NCBI GenBank assembly: GCA_937625935.1
Contig: OW569363.1
Span: 124,001-188,000 of the forward strand
Direction: 5' to 3'
Origin: Tetramitus jugosus
Lineage: Eukaryota > Protista > Heterolobosea
DNA: 64,000 bases
Positions 22,854-34,270 of this stretch are shown piece by piece. The number at the start of each line of letters is the position of its first letter. The first letter of the stretch is position 1. The notes under the pieces are model-generated. The model saw nothing but the letters and a program-made list of their open reading frames with translations. It did no database searches and had not been told where the DNA came from. Made by a program: the position numbers and the translations under genes.

Positions 22854-25178
22854 TCACAAGTAATAAAAAGAGGTGGAGTTGGGTGGTATTTGTAGCCTAT
22901 CGCCCACAATGAAGATGCGATCCATCTGTCGTATTGTGTCAATTCGAATCACCTTCTTTGAGCTCTTCTGCAGACATAGTGGATCGAATGGAGATCTGGT
23001 AAACTGTGTTAGAGTCAACGAGTAAATGTGTTGCTTCTTTTGCTTGTTCGTTTCCTTGGTAAACTTCCTCAGTAGACCAAACACTTCAAGCATTGTAGGT
23101 TTGCCTTCATTCTTTTCCATATCTTTGCACACGAGACGAACGTAATTACCTGCAGCCCACGTTCCATCCAATAGTTTGGATCTTTGGTAATTCTCTTTGA
23201 TAATGTGGTCCTTTGCTTTCACTGTGCACGTGTCATACAGAATAAATAGCATCTTCCTCTTTTGTTGTTCCTTTGTACTGATTGGTACATCGCGAGGAAT
23301 CTTGTACCCAGACTCGTGGGTATACTCACTATAAGGATGCAGTGGATTATTCCACAAACAGTTATTCAGATCTGAGACTCCAACTTCTGTTTCTTCTGAA
23401 GGGCAATAGATTGAATTCTTATCCTTGCTTTTGAGCACTCTGAAATGACACTTGATGTTTGCTGCCAGACCGGTATGTGTCTCGTCCGATAAATAGATGC
23501 TTTGTTCCTTAAGTTTTCGCATTTTTGCGTTGGATTCACTTGCGATCATTTCTCTTATACTATCAGGAAGCTCACTGTACTTCTTAAATATTGTGCCTGT
23601 GAACTTTCGAGTTGATTGATTCGTTTTCAGGTCTCTTTCTTCAAAGAAGGATGCTATCAAAACGATTAAATTAGGAGGATTCTCTAGTTGAACACAGTCA
23701 TTCACTATGTAGCGCTCTACACTGTCCGAAACCTTGATGTAAAGTCCTTGATTTGGGATCAGTGCAACCTTCTTGACTGGCTTCGGGGTCTTGATCTTAG
23801 GTTTGGATGGAGTTTTTGAAGCCTTTAAAGCCAATTCATCAAAATCAGGTACTATCATATTCTTTTGCTTTTGTACCCCTGCTGTCCTTATCAGCATGGC
23901 CTTTCTTCGATTTTGCTCTTCTTGTTTCTGCATTCGAGCCTTATCGATCTGACTCTGCAACAATAGGAATTCTTCAGTAAAGGGATGAACCTTGCGGTGA
24001 ACCACACATGCATAAACATAATACTGAGAGACGACATGCAATTCTTTTGTGTTAATTATCTTCAATATCTCACCAGTCAAGGACGTTTCATTTTCAGCAA
24101 GAACTACAGTTTCAAACGTTATCGAGCTTGGTGATTCAATCAATTTGGCACCTGCAGTTTTTAGAAAGCGAGTATAAAATTGTTTGAACTGTTTCGATGT
24201 GGCACACACATAAAAGGAGGATATGCCACCTTGATACACTCGATTTCTCATCTTAGGTTTCAGGTCATGAATATTGCGAGTGTCTGGCTCCTGCAATACT
24301 TGATTCATAATGTTGTTCACAGTGATGACACCGACTTTCTCAACGAAGAATTCTGGGAGATTAGGATTCGTTTGGTCAGTTCCAATTTTTTGCAGCTCGA
24401 GACACTTATCAACCCATGTCCTTTTTAAGATCTTGATGTCTAATGCAAGAGCTACCAGAACTTCTTGCGGATATGAGTACAGGTCTGATGGGTTTTGTTG
24501 TTTCCGTTCTAATTGAGTATAGTTTCCATAGATGAGAACGTATTTGCTTGCAGTTAGAATGTGTTCCCGCGTGTCCAGTATATCATTAAATTCGATAATA
24601 CGACCATTTCCTTTTCTAATCTGCAATTTCACTTCATTGTTCTCTTCCTCATCAAATCCGGACACTAGAAAATGAATGTTTTTAAATACGTTACAAATGG
24701 CAAATGGATCATCATGAACAGGCATTGGTTTTGGTGCCTCGTGAATTTCACTTGTAGAAACAGAAGGAGGAGGCTTAATGGTTAAATTACGGCTTGGAGT
24801 TCTGAATTTGTCTTTCGATGGGGTTTTGCTCCTTTTAGCACTCTTTGGAGTTTTTGGTTCTCGTTTCACTGCATAATAATCGTCATCCACTGTCGGTTCA
24901 GGTGAATCAATTCCATACTCTTCGTCGTCTGACATATCTTCAGTGTTTGGTATGTGATCTTCTTCCTCATCGAAATCCATTGTTTCAGGTGGTGTGAATG
25001 TTGAGTCAGTTACACTCTGCGATAATTGGCTCTCAATAATGGGAGGTGCCTTTCTTGATCTCCTAGGACCAATGCTGAAGTCGAGTCCACTTTCAGCCGC
25101 CTTTCTCGACTGTTCCTCAAGCATTTTCATTCTTCTCGAATGAGACATCTTCTTCTCTCTTGTGATGCTGTCTGGCAT
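22854..25178 (-). CDS. Tandem BRCT-domain protein with possible BAH-like C-terminal region
   Basis: FKNIHFLVSG...GNG...ILKRTWVDKC (BRCT 1); TAGAK...VVSQYYVYAC (BRCT 2); YIVNDCVQL...IASFFE resembles BAH; many TP/SP sites. Confidence 0.65.
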   Translation of the reverse strand: MPDSITREKKMSHSRRMKMLEEQSRKAAESGLDFSIGPRRSRKAPPIIESQLSQSVTDSTFTPPETMDFDEEEDHIPNTEDMSDDEEYGIDSPEPTVDDDYYAVKREPKTPKSAKRSKTPSKDKFRTPSRNLTIKPPPSVSTSEIHEAPKPMPVHDDPFAICNVFKNIHFLVSGFDEEENNEVKLQIRKGNGRIIEFNDILDTREHILTASKYVLIYGNYTQLERKQQNPSDLYSYPQEVLVALALDIKILKRTWVDKCLELQKIGTDQTNPNLPEFFVEKVGVITVNNIMNQVLQEPDTRNIHDLKPKMRNRVYQGGISSFYVCATSKQFKQFYTRFLKTAGAKLIESPSSITFETVVLAENETSLTGEILKIINTKELHVVSQYYVYACVVHRKVHPFTEEFLLLQSQIDKARMQKQEEQNRRKAMLIRTAGVQKQKNMIVPDFDELALKASKTPSKPKIKTPKPVKKVALIPNQGLYIKVSDSVERYIVNDCVQLENPPNLIVLIASFFEERDLKTNQSTRKFTGTIFKKYSELPDSIREMIASESNAKMRKLKEQSIYLSDETHTGLAANIKCHFRVLKSKDKNSIYCPSEETEVGVSDLNNCLWNNPLHPYSEYTHESGYKIPRDVPISTKEQQKRKMLFILYDTCTVKAKDHIIKENYQRSKLLDGTWAAGNYVRLVCKDMEKNEGKPTMLEVFGLLRKFTKETNKQKKQHIYSLTLTQFTRSPFDPLCLQKSSKKVIRIDTIRQMDRIFIVGDRLQIPPNSTSFYYL

Positions 25179-25545
25179 GTCGTTTGAAGTTGTGATAGTG
25201 AGACTGTTTGGTGTGTGCCGAGACTGTTTGATGTGCAAGTCGAATCGAGAAAAAGTGACAATTGCAGAAATCGAGAAATAACGGTCCAGAATTTGCGCGC
25301 CCAAAAGTCAGTTGTATTTTCTTCATCCAAAAAACACCGAAAAAGCTTTCTTTGTCCAACTCCAAACGAAACGAACAACATCACACAAACGCAGCAGCAA
25401 ACGAACCAACGAACCACCACAACAACAACAAGTCCGTTCTAAGATTTTTGTGAAAGTGAGGAACTTGCACAATAACAACTACAACACTACTTTGCACACA
25501 CAATAACAACTACAACACGACACTAACCTCAAAACAAACATCATT

Positions 25546-26181
25546 ATGGTCCTATTCTTCTTGCCATACTCTATACGGACACTGATCGCATCTCTGACGT
25601 TTCTCTGTTGCAACGTGTTTGCAGCCTATCACTCCTTCAAGGCCATTCATCACAAACAACTCAACACTTCGAGTCATTGGTTGTTTTATTGGACTCTTGT
25701 TGCTTGCTTGGTCATTGCTCACTCCAATCCATTGATTCATGATGCATTGCACACACTGATTCCATTATACCCTGAAATTCGTATTGCCATTCACTTGTTG
25801 ACCCTGTATTATCCTGTTCGTTGCTTGAGCTACGTTGCGCGCTGGATTGGTTTCGCGCTCGAAACACTCCGAGTCCGTTATTTTTTGACTTATGGCGCCA
25901 TTTTATTTGTCCGCGCTCTACGGAACATGGTCAAAATGGGTGTGTTGGATGATGGTGATGATAAGCTTTTGGAGCAGTTGAAGAATGTAACCAACGAAGC
26001 TGGTTTTGCCATTGCTGTGGTAAGCAACAATAGGAAGAGAGCTAGTCTTCAACAACACAGTCATGCCATTGATCGTCTGACAAGAAGCGTCCACATGCCA
26101 ACAACGTCCTCCTCTGATGATGACTTGGTGCTTGACGGTGAAGGAGTTCCTTCAGTCAAGGGCCGTATTACCATGTATTAA
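25546..26181 (+). CDS. TB2/DP1/HVA22 (REEP/Yop1) family membrane protein
   Basis: AYHSFKAI, WLFYW and IPLYPE motifs. Confidence 0.75.
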   Translation: MVLFFLPYSIRTLIASLTFLCCNVFAAYHSFKAIHHKQLNTSSHWLFYWTLVACLVIAHSNPLIHDALHTLIPLYPEIRIAIHLLTLYYPVRCLSYVARWIGFALETLRVRYFLTYGAILFVRALRNMVKMGVLDDGDDKLLEQLKNVTNEAGFAIAVVSNNRKRASLQQHSHAIDRLTRSVHMPTTSSSDDDLVLDGEGVPSVKGRITMY

Positions 26182-26481
26182 AGTGACGATGCCTCCTGAG
26201 AAGTCACACCTGTCTCATGCGTCAAAGACTCGCACCGAGAACAGACACAACAAAACTATAGATAAAAATCGAGTTTGCTCCTGAAACCGAGCGGTTCTTA
26301 GCGGAGAAAAGAAGTGAACCACAAGGTTGGCCATTGAAACAGATGCGACCATGTTACTTTCGACGGTGCTTTTCGTCATTGCACCAACTCGAGAACACGA
26401 ACTTGGGTAAACCAAAAGCAAACACACATAAAAAAGAAATCCTCTCTCGTCGATATCAAGATACAGAGCAACGAACACATA

Positions 26482-27450
26482 ATGGAACCAACCAGCAACA
26501 ACAACGAAGCCACAAGGGTCATCCACCAATTTCTTCGACAATTGGAACAAAAAAGAAACATTAAAATTTTGTTCGCAGCGGACACTGGATCGAGATCCAT
26601 TGGTCTGGAAGCACCCACTTCGGACTATGACCTCAAAATTATTTATGTGGAAAGAATGGAGTGGTACCTGAGAATTGACGAAGAGAATTTGGAGCATGAA
26701 ATTGTGGAGAGGCACGTGGAGGCTAGCACCCAAGTGAATGGTGGTGAAATTCAAGTGGATGTCATGGGATTTAACTTGAAAAAGTGCTTGCAATTGTTGA
26801 GAAAGTCGAATCCAACATTGTTGGAGATGTTGAGTAGTTCACTGGTGTATGCCAATGATCAGTTGTTGATGGATTCGATTCGTTCGGAATTGAATGTGTA
26901 CTTTTCTCAAAAGACACTCAGTTTCCACTATATTAATGTGGCAAAGCAGAACTTTGTTGATTATTTGAGAAACAAGAAGCAAGTGAATCGAAAAAAGTAC
27001 TTGTATATTGTGTTGACATTGTTGCGAGTGTTGTACATGAAAAAGAAGAGTGAAGAGCTCGGGAACAGGACACACATGGACAATGGAATGGAGTTGATGG
27101 ATGTACTTCCACCGTTGCATTATCAAGAGTTATGTGATCCATTGCGTGAGTGTGGGATCATTCAGAGTGAATATGTGAATGATTTGGACTATTTACTAAA
27201 CAGGAAGAAGCAGGAAAGTGGACAGTGGGACAGGGAGGATCCAATGCCGCTCATGTACGCTTGGATTGAAGAGATGAGACGCGAGACGAAAAAGTATGCA
27301 GATGATGTCTTGGCGGCCAGGAAGCGATACTTTGATACATTGGATGCCGATCAGATTAAGGTTTGTACAGAGCGCTTAAACACAATCTTTATGGATACCC
27401 TGACAAGATTTGACCGGATAGATGCGATTGGAGATGAAATCAGCGAATAA
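26482..27450 (+). CDS. Pol-beta-superfamily nucleotidyltransferase (RlaP/YcgL-like)
   Basis: ILFAADTGSRSIG...SDYDLKIIYV, DVMGFNLKK.L.LL.KSNPTLLE.L.S, KKYLY. Confidence 0.85.
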   Translation: MEPTSNNNEATRVIHQFLRQLEQKRNIKILFAADTGSRSIGLEAPTSDYDLKIIYVERMEWYLRIDEENLEHEIVERHVEASTQVNGGEIQVDVMGFNLKKCLQLLRKSNPTLLEMLSSSLVYANDQLLMDSIRSELNVYFSQKTLSFHYINVAKQNFVDYLRNKKQVNRKKYLYIVLTLLRVLYMKKKSEELGNRTHMDNGMELMDVLPPLHYQELCDPLRECGIIQSEYVNDLDYLLNRKKQESGQWDREDPMPLMYAWIEEMRRETKKYADDVLAARKRYFDTLDADQIKVCTERLNTIFMDTLTRFDRIDAIGDEISE

Positions 27451-27513
27451 ATACGTATGATATTTTATTTCAAAATTGTTAGAGTGCAACTTATGTACAT
27501 CGCAACCAAGTCT

Positions 27514-28893
27514 TTAGTTTCGGAGGGTTAATTTTGTGCCCATTCTGATCTCATCCAACAGCGAAGATCTGGCAGGTTGAGGTGGAGGAAGTGCAGCGGT
27601 TTGATTGCTCAATAGACCAGAAGAAGGTGGTGGTGGAGGAGCAGACGAAGCCATTGGAGGAGGCGGTGGTGGAGCAGTTGTTGCTGGTGTAGCAGGTGCT
27701 ACAGCGCTGCTGGTGGAAGCAGGTGTGCTTGCAGACACAGAGGAGCTTGTAATTGGCTGAATGGATGAATTCTTGTAGGATGATGCCAATGATTGTCTCT
27801 GCATTTGCTTGTATTTCTTGGAGTCTTGCATCTTGGATAGCAAACCTTCCACACGCTTGTTAAGTTTGTCGAGAGTTCTGATATTGGTCGAAGGCAAGGT
27901 GGCATCATATCTCTTCACCTGTTCAGTGTTGAAGAATGGATGCATGAGTAGCGTATTGGTTGAAATCTTTTGATTGGCTGGATTAATGAATATCTCATTC
28001 AACACGTCAAACAACTGTGGCACAGCTCTCAATGACTCCAATTGAGAAAGTTCGTGCAGAGAAGCGTTATTGCCCGTTGCAATCTCAAACAAAAAGTGAC
28101 CAAACGACAAAATATAATTGTTCTGCATTGAACTCTGTGGTGCGTCTTGCAGTTTCATGTTTGGCGCAGACAGCAAAAAGACATTTTCAAAGTTGGAAAG
28201 TGCACACACATATCTCGCTTCCTTGTCTTTGACTCGATCGTTCATAGTCACATGAATGCAATCCAATTTGCAAACATACTTTTCAACAGGGAATGACAAT
28301 CGCTCCAAGTGCTGAATTCCAAGCAACACTTGTCTTCCAAACAAACTAATTTGAAAATTGGACAATGGACCATTGTTCTTCAAAAATTGACTCACATTTC
28401 CCAGTGAGCTCATTGGCTTGACAATCGTACACTTTTTCAAGTTCACAGAATACTCGATCGAACTCAACGGATAAATGTATTCATAGGGAGAATTGTTCTG
28501 TTGAGTCAAATGTCTCACAATTGCTAAAAAGGCCAATTTTTCATTCTCATTTTCAATGTAATTCTTTTGTGAGAAGAGAACACGAATCAAAAACTTGTTT
28601 TGTTGCGAGTTTCGAGCTACAAAATATCTGCTCTGAGCATACACACTAGAGCTATTGGCAAATAGACTCAATTCATGATAACTAAGGGCTCTATCCACAG
28701 TCAAGTCAGTTCCTCTCAATGATTCATTGAGACTGTTCAATAGTGAGGTCATGTGAGCCTCTTCATCATGGTTCAATGACACTGTGCTATAGTCGTTGAG
28801 CTCTGATACGTTACGAACTCGAATGAAACTTCCGTTTTGGTTGTTGGTGAGACCGTAGTTGCCGCTGATCAAATTTTTTTTTTCGTTTCGCAA
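27514..28893 (-). CDS. PXK/Slob-like pseudokinase with polyproline and WH2 tail
   Basis: FGRQVLLGI.HL, LSNFEN, SFGHFLFEIATG, LL.HPFF; catalytic motifs absent; PPPP followed by WH2-like RSSLLDEIRMG.KL. Confidence 0.75.
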   Translation of the reverse strand: MRNEKKNLISGNYGLTNNQNGSFIRVRNVSELNDYSTVSLNHDEEAHMTSLLNSLNESLRGTDLTVDRALSYHELSLFANSSSVYAQSRYFVARNSQQNKFLIRVLFSQKNYIENENEKLAFLAIVRHLTQQNNSPYEYIYPLSSIEYSVNLKKCTIVKPMSSLGNVSQFLKNNGPLSNFQISLFGRQVLLGIQHLERLSFPVEKYVCKLDCIHVTMNDRVKDKEARYVCALSNFENVFLLSAPNMKLQDAPQSSMQNNYILSFGHFLFEIATGNNASLHELSQLESLRAVPQLFDVLNEIFINPANQKISTNTLLMHPFFNTEQVKRYDATLPSTNIRTLDKLNKRVEGLLSKMQDSKKYKQMQRQSLASSYKNSSIQPITSSSVSASTPASTSSAVAPATPATTAPPPPPPMASSAPPPPPSSGLLSNQTAALPPPQPARSSLLDEIRMGTKLTLRN

Positions 28894-29390
28894 TTTTTGG
28901 CGCTCTTCGAGTGTCGTTTCGACAAATCCATATTGATAGACCCTTCTAAAGTTGCAATGACAACATGAAGAAAATCAAAGGTCGTCAGAAAAATGAATGA
29001 GTATATATAAATGCGAGAACGAAAGTGGTTGTTATTTTACCTTCTGCGAGCACAAATGCAACGCACAGCCACTAAAATTGTGCAGCATGTCAGAACGAGG
29101 AGAGCCACGCAAAAAGAAACGATTGTTTCAACTCTCATATACCATGCCGTAGCCATTTTTTATAACTTTGTTTTTGTGGTTGAATTGGATTCTTTGAATT
29201 ACTCCGTGATAGAAACTCCGCTTCGTACGACAGGAATTTGGAGGGAATCGCGGGATTATCTCGTTCCGTAGTTCCTGAACAATTGCGCACCCAGGGCTCT
29301 GCCTATAAATTTTCAGCTTATTCTGGCCCAGAATTCAAGCTCAACAACAAACACCAAAAGTTGAACTGACCCAAGAACAAATTTCCAACT

Positions 29391-30329
29391 ATGAGCTTCC
29401 TATTTTATCCAACATCCAACCTTTACTACCACCAAGATGACGATTTCTTTGGTGTGCCATCATCTGCTTACTATGGCTATCCTACCTCAAGACATCCATA
29501 CTGTGCACAACAGCAACGAAGAAGACAGAGGGAACAACAAGAACTGGAAAAGCAGAGACAGTACGAGTTGTACCAACAAGCCCTGAGAGAACAGCAAATT
29601 CGCGAAGAAGAGAGAAGAGCTAGACAGAGACAAGCCCAGTTGAGATATCAACAACAACAGCAACAAGAACAAAGGAGGAAACAACAGCTCTTGCAACAAC
29701 AGCAACAACAGAGACAAAGACATGCATACTATAATGATCCATCAGAGATTGAGAATGACTATGAAGATTTGCCATATTCTCTCCAGAGGTTACTCAACAG
29801 AAATCAAGGAAGAATGAATCCTCGATTAAATAATAGTCAGAGAACAAAGAGAATTGTTCCTACCTCTGAAAGTCCTGTGGATACTGAACAACAGATCCAA
29901 CAGACAGAAACACCTGCACCTATCGAACCACTGTTTCAACCCAAGAATGATATTCCATCTGAAAATGTACATATGAACGAGAATGATGGAACAACTGTCG
30001 AAGATTTAGAAAAGGAGATTCAAGCACAACAAACAGAAGATCAAATTGAGCAGATTACTGAAGTTGACGAAGAAACAGAAAAGAGCTTGAAGAAAATTCA
30101 AGACATCTCCCAACGGGTGCATGACATTGAAACCAGTCTGAATGGTGATGAGACGCCGTCAAAGAAACAACTGAGAATGAATGAAGAGTTTCTTATTCAA
30201 CAGTTGCTCAAGTTGGATGAAATTGTCGGCAATGATCAAGTGAGAACAAGAAGGAAGGCTGAGATTATCAAGATTCAATCAACATTGGACAAGATTGACG
30301 AAATCTCCAAGCGACAACAAGAATTGTAA
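29391..30329 (+). CDS. BAG-domain co-chaperone
   Basis: C-terminal EEFL.QQLLKLD.I.G...VR..RK..I..IQ..LD.ID; Gln-rich coiled coil. A TATAAAT lies at 29304-29310. Confidence 0.85.
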   Translation: MSFLFYPTSNLYYHQDDDFFGVPSSAYYGYPTSRHPYCAQQQRRRQREQQELEKQRQYELYQQALREQQIREEERRARQRQAQLRYQQQQQQEQRRKQQLLQQQQQQRQRHAYYNDPSEIENDYEDLPYSLQRLLNRNQGRMNPRLNNSQRTKRIVPTSESPVDTEQQIQQTETPAPIEPLFQPKNDIPSENVHMNENDGTTVEDLEKEIQAQQTEDQIEQITEVDEETEKSLKKIQDISQRVHDIETSLNGDETPSKKQLRMNEEFLIQQLLKLDEIVGNDQVRTRRKAEIIKIQSTLDKIDEISKRQQEL

Positions 30330-30580
30330 ATAAATGATCTGTAAGTACTACTTCTGTCCTTATTGACTGCGGAGTTAGAACAAAGTAGGTGTGAGGGAGT
30401 CGAAATGGGAGTTTTCTTCTTCGAAATTCCACATGTGCATTTCTTTCATCCGCAAGCTCAATGGTTTCTCCAATTTCGACATGATTCAGCCGCACCAAAA
30501 AGCTCCAATCACACCAAACAAACAAAACTACAAAACTACAGCACAGATCATCACACAGCCAACTCTCTCTCACACATAAA

Positions 30581-32518
30581 ATGACACGTGTATTCAGTCT
30601 TCAGGAATCCAAGGATCTCTGGCAAAGAAATCAACAGAAAAACAAGGAAACCACAAAGCTTTACAATGAGCTAGGCATTGTAGCAACTGCTGACTATGTC
30701 GAATACGTTGTTCAAAAGTTCTCTCATCATTTGTGCATTGAGGATATTCAGGATGCACCACAAGTCATTCGTCGTTTCACTTACTCGGAAGTCAATGAAC
30801 AAGCCAATCGAATTGCTCAATGGGCACAAGACAAGCTTCAACTCAAGGCTCACGATGTCGTTGCACTGTACATGGAGAATTGTGCCGAGTTTGTAATGAC
30901 GTGGATCGGTTTGGCCAAGCTTGGTGTAACTGTTGCTTGTATCAACACGTATATTACGGGTAAGCATGTGTCTCATGCGATAGAGTTGGCTGAGACGAGA
31001 CATGTAATCATGTCTTCCAAGAGATGGGAAACATGGAGTCATAGTGTGGAGCACTTTGAACGTGAAACGTACTTGCAACAGTTGAATCTGTGGGTGTTTG
31101 ATCGTCATGGAGATCAAGGTTGTGAGTCCATTGTGATTGATGCTGCCGAGTCTTCATCAAGTATCAATGGCAAAGTCTCTTCTGTCAATATTGTAAAGTT
31201 GGGTCGCGATGGAAGCCATGTTTTCTTGAGTGAATACAGCACACAAAATCTACCACGGTCTGTTCGTGAAGGTGTGTCGAGTGAAGATCCCCTGTTTTAT
31301 ATTTATACGAGTGGAACGACTGGTAAGTCAAAGGCTGCACTTTTCTCGCAGAGAAGAGTCATTGGAGCTGGTGTTTCATGGTCCACATCAGCAGAGCTCA
31401 CTTCAAGTGACAAGTACTATATTTGCTTGCCATTGTATCATGGAAATGGAGGTGTTGTTGCTGTGTCTGCTGTTTTCAACTCTGGTTGCTCAATGGTTCT
31501 CAGAGAAAAGTTTTCTGCTACTCAGTTCCTCAACGATATTAGGACATATGATTGTACTGCCATGGTCTATATTGGTGAACTCTGGAGATACATTTACAAC
31601 CAACCTCCGACTCCACACGACAAGGACAACAAGTTGCGTGTGATTATTGGCAATGGATTGCGATCTGATATTTGGACAAAGATTGTCGAACGATTCGGAA
31701 TCGAACGAGTTGTTGAGCACTATGGACAAACGGAGATGATTGCCGCGCATCCAATGATGAACTGTTACAACAAGGTTGGAAGTTGTGGATTCATTCCATC
31801 CGAGGTGTGGAATAACCAGATGGATGAGAAGCTTGTCAAGTACGATATCGAAGCAGACGAGGTGCACAGGAATGAACATGGTTTTTGTGAAGTGGCCGAC
31901 ATTGGCGAACCAGGAGAGGACTTGGTGCACTTGCCAAAGGGCATGTACAAGGCTTATACGAGCGATGAAGCAAATGAAAAGAAGGTTTATCACAATGTGT
32001 TCCAAAAGGGAGATTTGTGGTTCAGATCTGGTGATTTGATCAAGGTTGACAAGGAAGGATACTTCTATTTTGTTGACAGAGTAGGTGACACCTTCAGATG
32101 GAAGGGTGAAAATGTGGCAACCAACGAAGTGAGTGAAGCATTGACCAAGTTCGAAGGAGTGAAGGAAGCGAACGTTTATGGTGTTGTGATTCCAGGAACA
32201 GAGGGAAAGGGTGGTATGGCAATGCTACAGCTCGAGAGCAATGATATCGCCACATTCGATTTTGATGGATTGTTGTCTCACCTTCGACAGGAACTCCCAG
32301 GTTATGCAATTCCACTGTTCCTTAGAATTAGAACTCAGGAGAGCAGCAAGACCTCAACCTTAAAATTCCACAAGTTCGAGTACCAGCAAGAAGCATTCCA
32401 TTTAGATCGGGTGCCTGAATCCGATATCATTTTCCATCTATCATCGACTCTGAAGACGTACACAAAGCTGACACGAGAGGATTATGAGCTAATTTTGCAG
32501 CAAAAAGTTCGATTTTAG
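30581..32518 (+). CDS. Fatty-acid transport protein / very-long-chain acyl-CoA synthetase (SLC27/FATP family)
   Basis: YIYTSGTTG.SKAA, YIGEL.RY, GNGLR, DRVGDTFRWKGENVAT.EV. Confidence 0.95.
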   Translation: MTRVFSLQESKDLWQRNQQKNKETTKLYNELGIVATADYVEYVVQKFSHHLCIEDIQDAPQVIRRFTYSEVNEQANRIAQWAQDKLQLKAHDVVALYMENCAEFVMTWIGLAKLGVTVACINTYITGKHVSHAIELAETRHVIMSSKRWETWSHSVEHFERETYLQQLNLWVFDRHGDQGCESIVIDAAESSSSINGKVSSVNIVKLGRDGSHVFLSEYSTQNLPRSVREGVSSEDPLFYIYTSGTTGKSKAALFSQRRVIGAGVSWSTSAELTSSDKYYICLPLYHGNGGVVAVSAVFNSGCSMVLREKFSATQFLNDIRTYDCTAMVYIGELWRYIYNQPPTPHDKDNKLRVIIGNGLRSDIWTKIVERFGIERVVEHYGQTEMIAAHPMMNCYNKVGSCGFIPSEVWNNQMDEKLVKYDIEADEVHRNEHGFCEVADIGEPGEDLVHLPKGMYKAYTSDEANEKKVYHNVFQKGDLWFRSGDLIKVDKEGYFYFVDRVGDTFRWKGENVATNEVSEALTKFEGVKEANVYGVVIPGTEGKGGMAMLQLESNDIATFDFDGLLSHLRQELPGYAIPLFLRIRTQESSKTSTLKFHKFEYQQEAFHLDRVPESDIIFHLSSTLKTYTKLTREDYELILQQKVRF

Positions 32519-32579
32519 GCAGATGATATCATAAAATTTTAGGAAAATGAACATAAAGCCTTTGATAACTCATCAGATC

Positions 32580-33812
32580 TTATTGCTCTTTGAAACTTGG
32601 AGGGAATGTTGGCATCGCCAATGTCGATGTTGCATATGGTTTTGTGTGGAAATATTCGTGATTCAGTGCCTCGCTTGCCGATATTCGCTCATGTGGATCA
32701 TAAGCCAGCATTTGTTGCAACAACCGCAGACCAGGCTCGGACACCTTATTCTTAAATCGCTCTCTCAACCGTCTAAATGTCTGTTCTTGATAGTAGCGCT
32801 TATCTTTCAGAGATGATTTGCTCTCCTTCTTCAACAGAGCTACATTCGGCAGAGATTCATACCCTGGCCATACGACCTCATTTGGCTCACCCAACAACTT
32901 GTAAATCATTTGCAACTGTATCAGTTCTGTTCTACCGGGGAACAATGGTTTCGAAAGCAAAAACTCTGCAAAAATACACCCAACAGCCCACATGTCAACA
33001 CTTGTGCTATATTCTTTTGATCCGAGCAACAATTCAGGTGCTCTATACCACAGCGTAACCACTTTGGATGTCATTGCTTCCTCCTTTCGTTCAATCTCTT
33101 CAATCGAATCCTTCTCAACATCAAAATTACGTCCATAGTGCCTTGCGAGACCAAAATCCGCAATCTTCAATTGACCCTTACCATTGTACAACAGATTACT
33201 CATCTTTATATCACGATGAATCACAAAATTCTTGTGCATAAACAGCACACCTCTCAACAATTGAAGCAATAGACTCTTAACCTCACCCTCTGAGAAACAA
33301 TTGGGTTGCTTGTCCAACAAGACACTCATATCGTGCTCACAGTACTCAAAAACGAGAAAAACATTGTCCAGTTTATCACCTACGACCACCTGTTCCAAAT
33401 AAACAATATTCTCATGATGTTTCAACAATGTAAGCAATTGAATCTCACGCATGGCCGTCACTGGCATGCCATCCTTATTCTCCGACGCACTCATTTTGAC
33501 TTGTTTGAGTGCATATGTTTTTTGTGTGTGGAGATCTTTGGCTTCAAATACGACACCATATGTTCCCTGACCAATCTTTGATATTTTTTCAAAGTCGTGA
33601 ACACTGCGACACAAGCCATGAAAGGCATTGAATGCTTGTGCGTAGTTGCTGTGTTGACGTTGAGTGGTGTGAGCAGAGGGTGGAGTAGTTGTAGTAGTGG
33701 TGGCGGCGGTGGTGGTGGTGGTTGGGTTTGTAGGTGTTTGTGTCAGGGAGACATTGCTAGATGGGAGTTGCTGTTGTTGATGGTGATCTGGTGGTGGTTG
33801 TAGATTTTGCAT
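32580..33812 (-). CDS. Cyclin-dependent kinase, CDK10/11 family (CDK10-like)
   Basis: CRSV.DFEK..KIGQGTYG, GMPVTAMREI, FEYCEHD, HRDIKMSNLL, DFGLAR, VVTLWYRAPELLLG. Confidence 0.9.
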   Translation of the reverse strand: MQNLQPPPDHHQQQQLPSSNVSLTQTPTNPTTTTTAATTTTTTPPSAHTTQRQHSNYAQAFNAFHGLCRSVHDFEKISKIGQGTYGVVFEAKDLHTQKTYALKQVKMSASENKDGMPVTAMREIQLLTLLKHHENIVYLEQVVVGDKLDNVFLVFEYCEHDMSVLLDKQPNCFSEGEVKSLLLQLLRGVLFMHKNFVIHRDIKMSNLLYNGKGQLKIADFGLARHYGRNFDVEKDSIEEIERKEEAMTSKVVTLWYRAPELLLGSKEYSTSVDMWAVGCIFAEFLLSKPLFPGRTELIQLQMIYKLLGEPNEVVWPGYESLPNVALLKKESKSSLKDKRYYQEQTFRRLRERFKNKVSEPGLRLLQQMLAYDPHERISASEALNHEYFHTKPYATSTLAMPTFPPSFKEQ

Positions 33813-34270
33813 TTTTTTTGGAGGGAATTCTTGTTTCTCCTCCACCTAAAAATCACGAAAATAACATGTGATCAACAAATCCACAAAAGCAATACTTCCG
33901 AGAAGAGAAACACTGTTTGATGTGTGTGGGAAAAATCTCACAAGTGAGCGACAGACTCGCGACCCATTGCAGATGTTGCATTTTTAGCCCGTGACAAATT
34001 CGTGAGCGAACATGAATCACACACACAAGGATGATACTACCTATGTGCTTGGACCAAGAGATCCCAAAATAACAATTGGAGTGGAGTGATGAATGGTGGT
34101 TGCTTGCTTTGGTCTATTGCTTCGCAAGTGTGTTTTCCCCCTCCAAACGAGTATAAACACACCTGTGTAACGCACAAAATACACATCATCAAAGCAAGAT
34201 AAAAAACGACCTCCTCCACAGTAGTCAGTTGCTAGTAGTAGTAGTAGTAGTAGTGAACGCGCAGGAAACA

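Noticed and set aside
29260-29310. Heat-shock element upstream of the BAG gene (GTTCCTGAAC before TATAAAT)
   Set aside because: Only two in-register nGAAn units, which is expected by chance.
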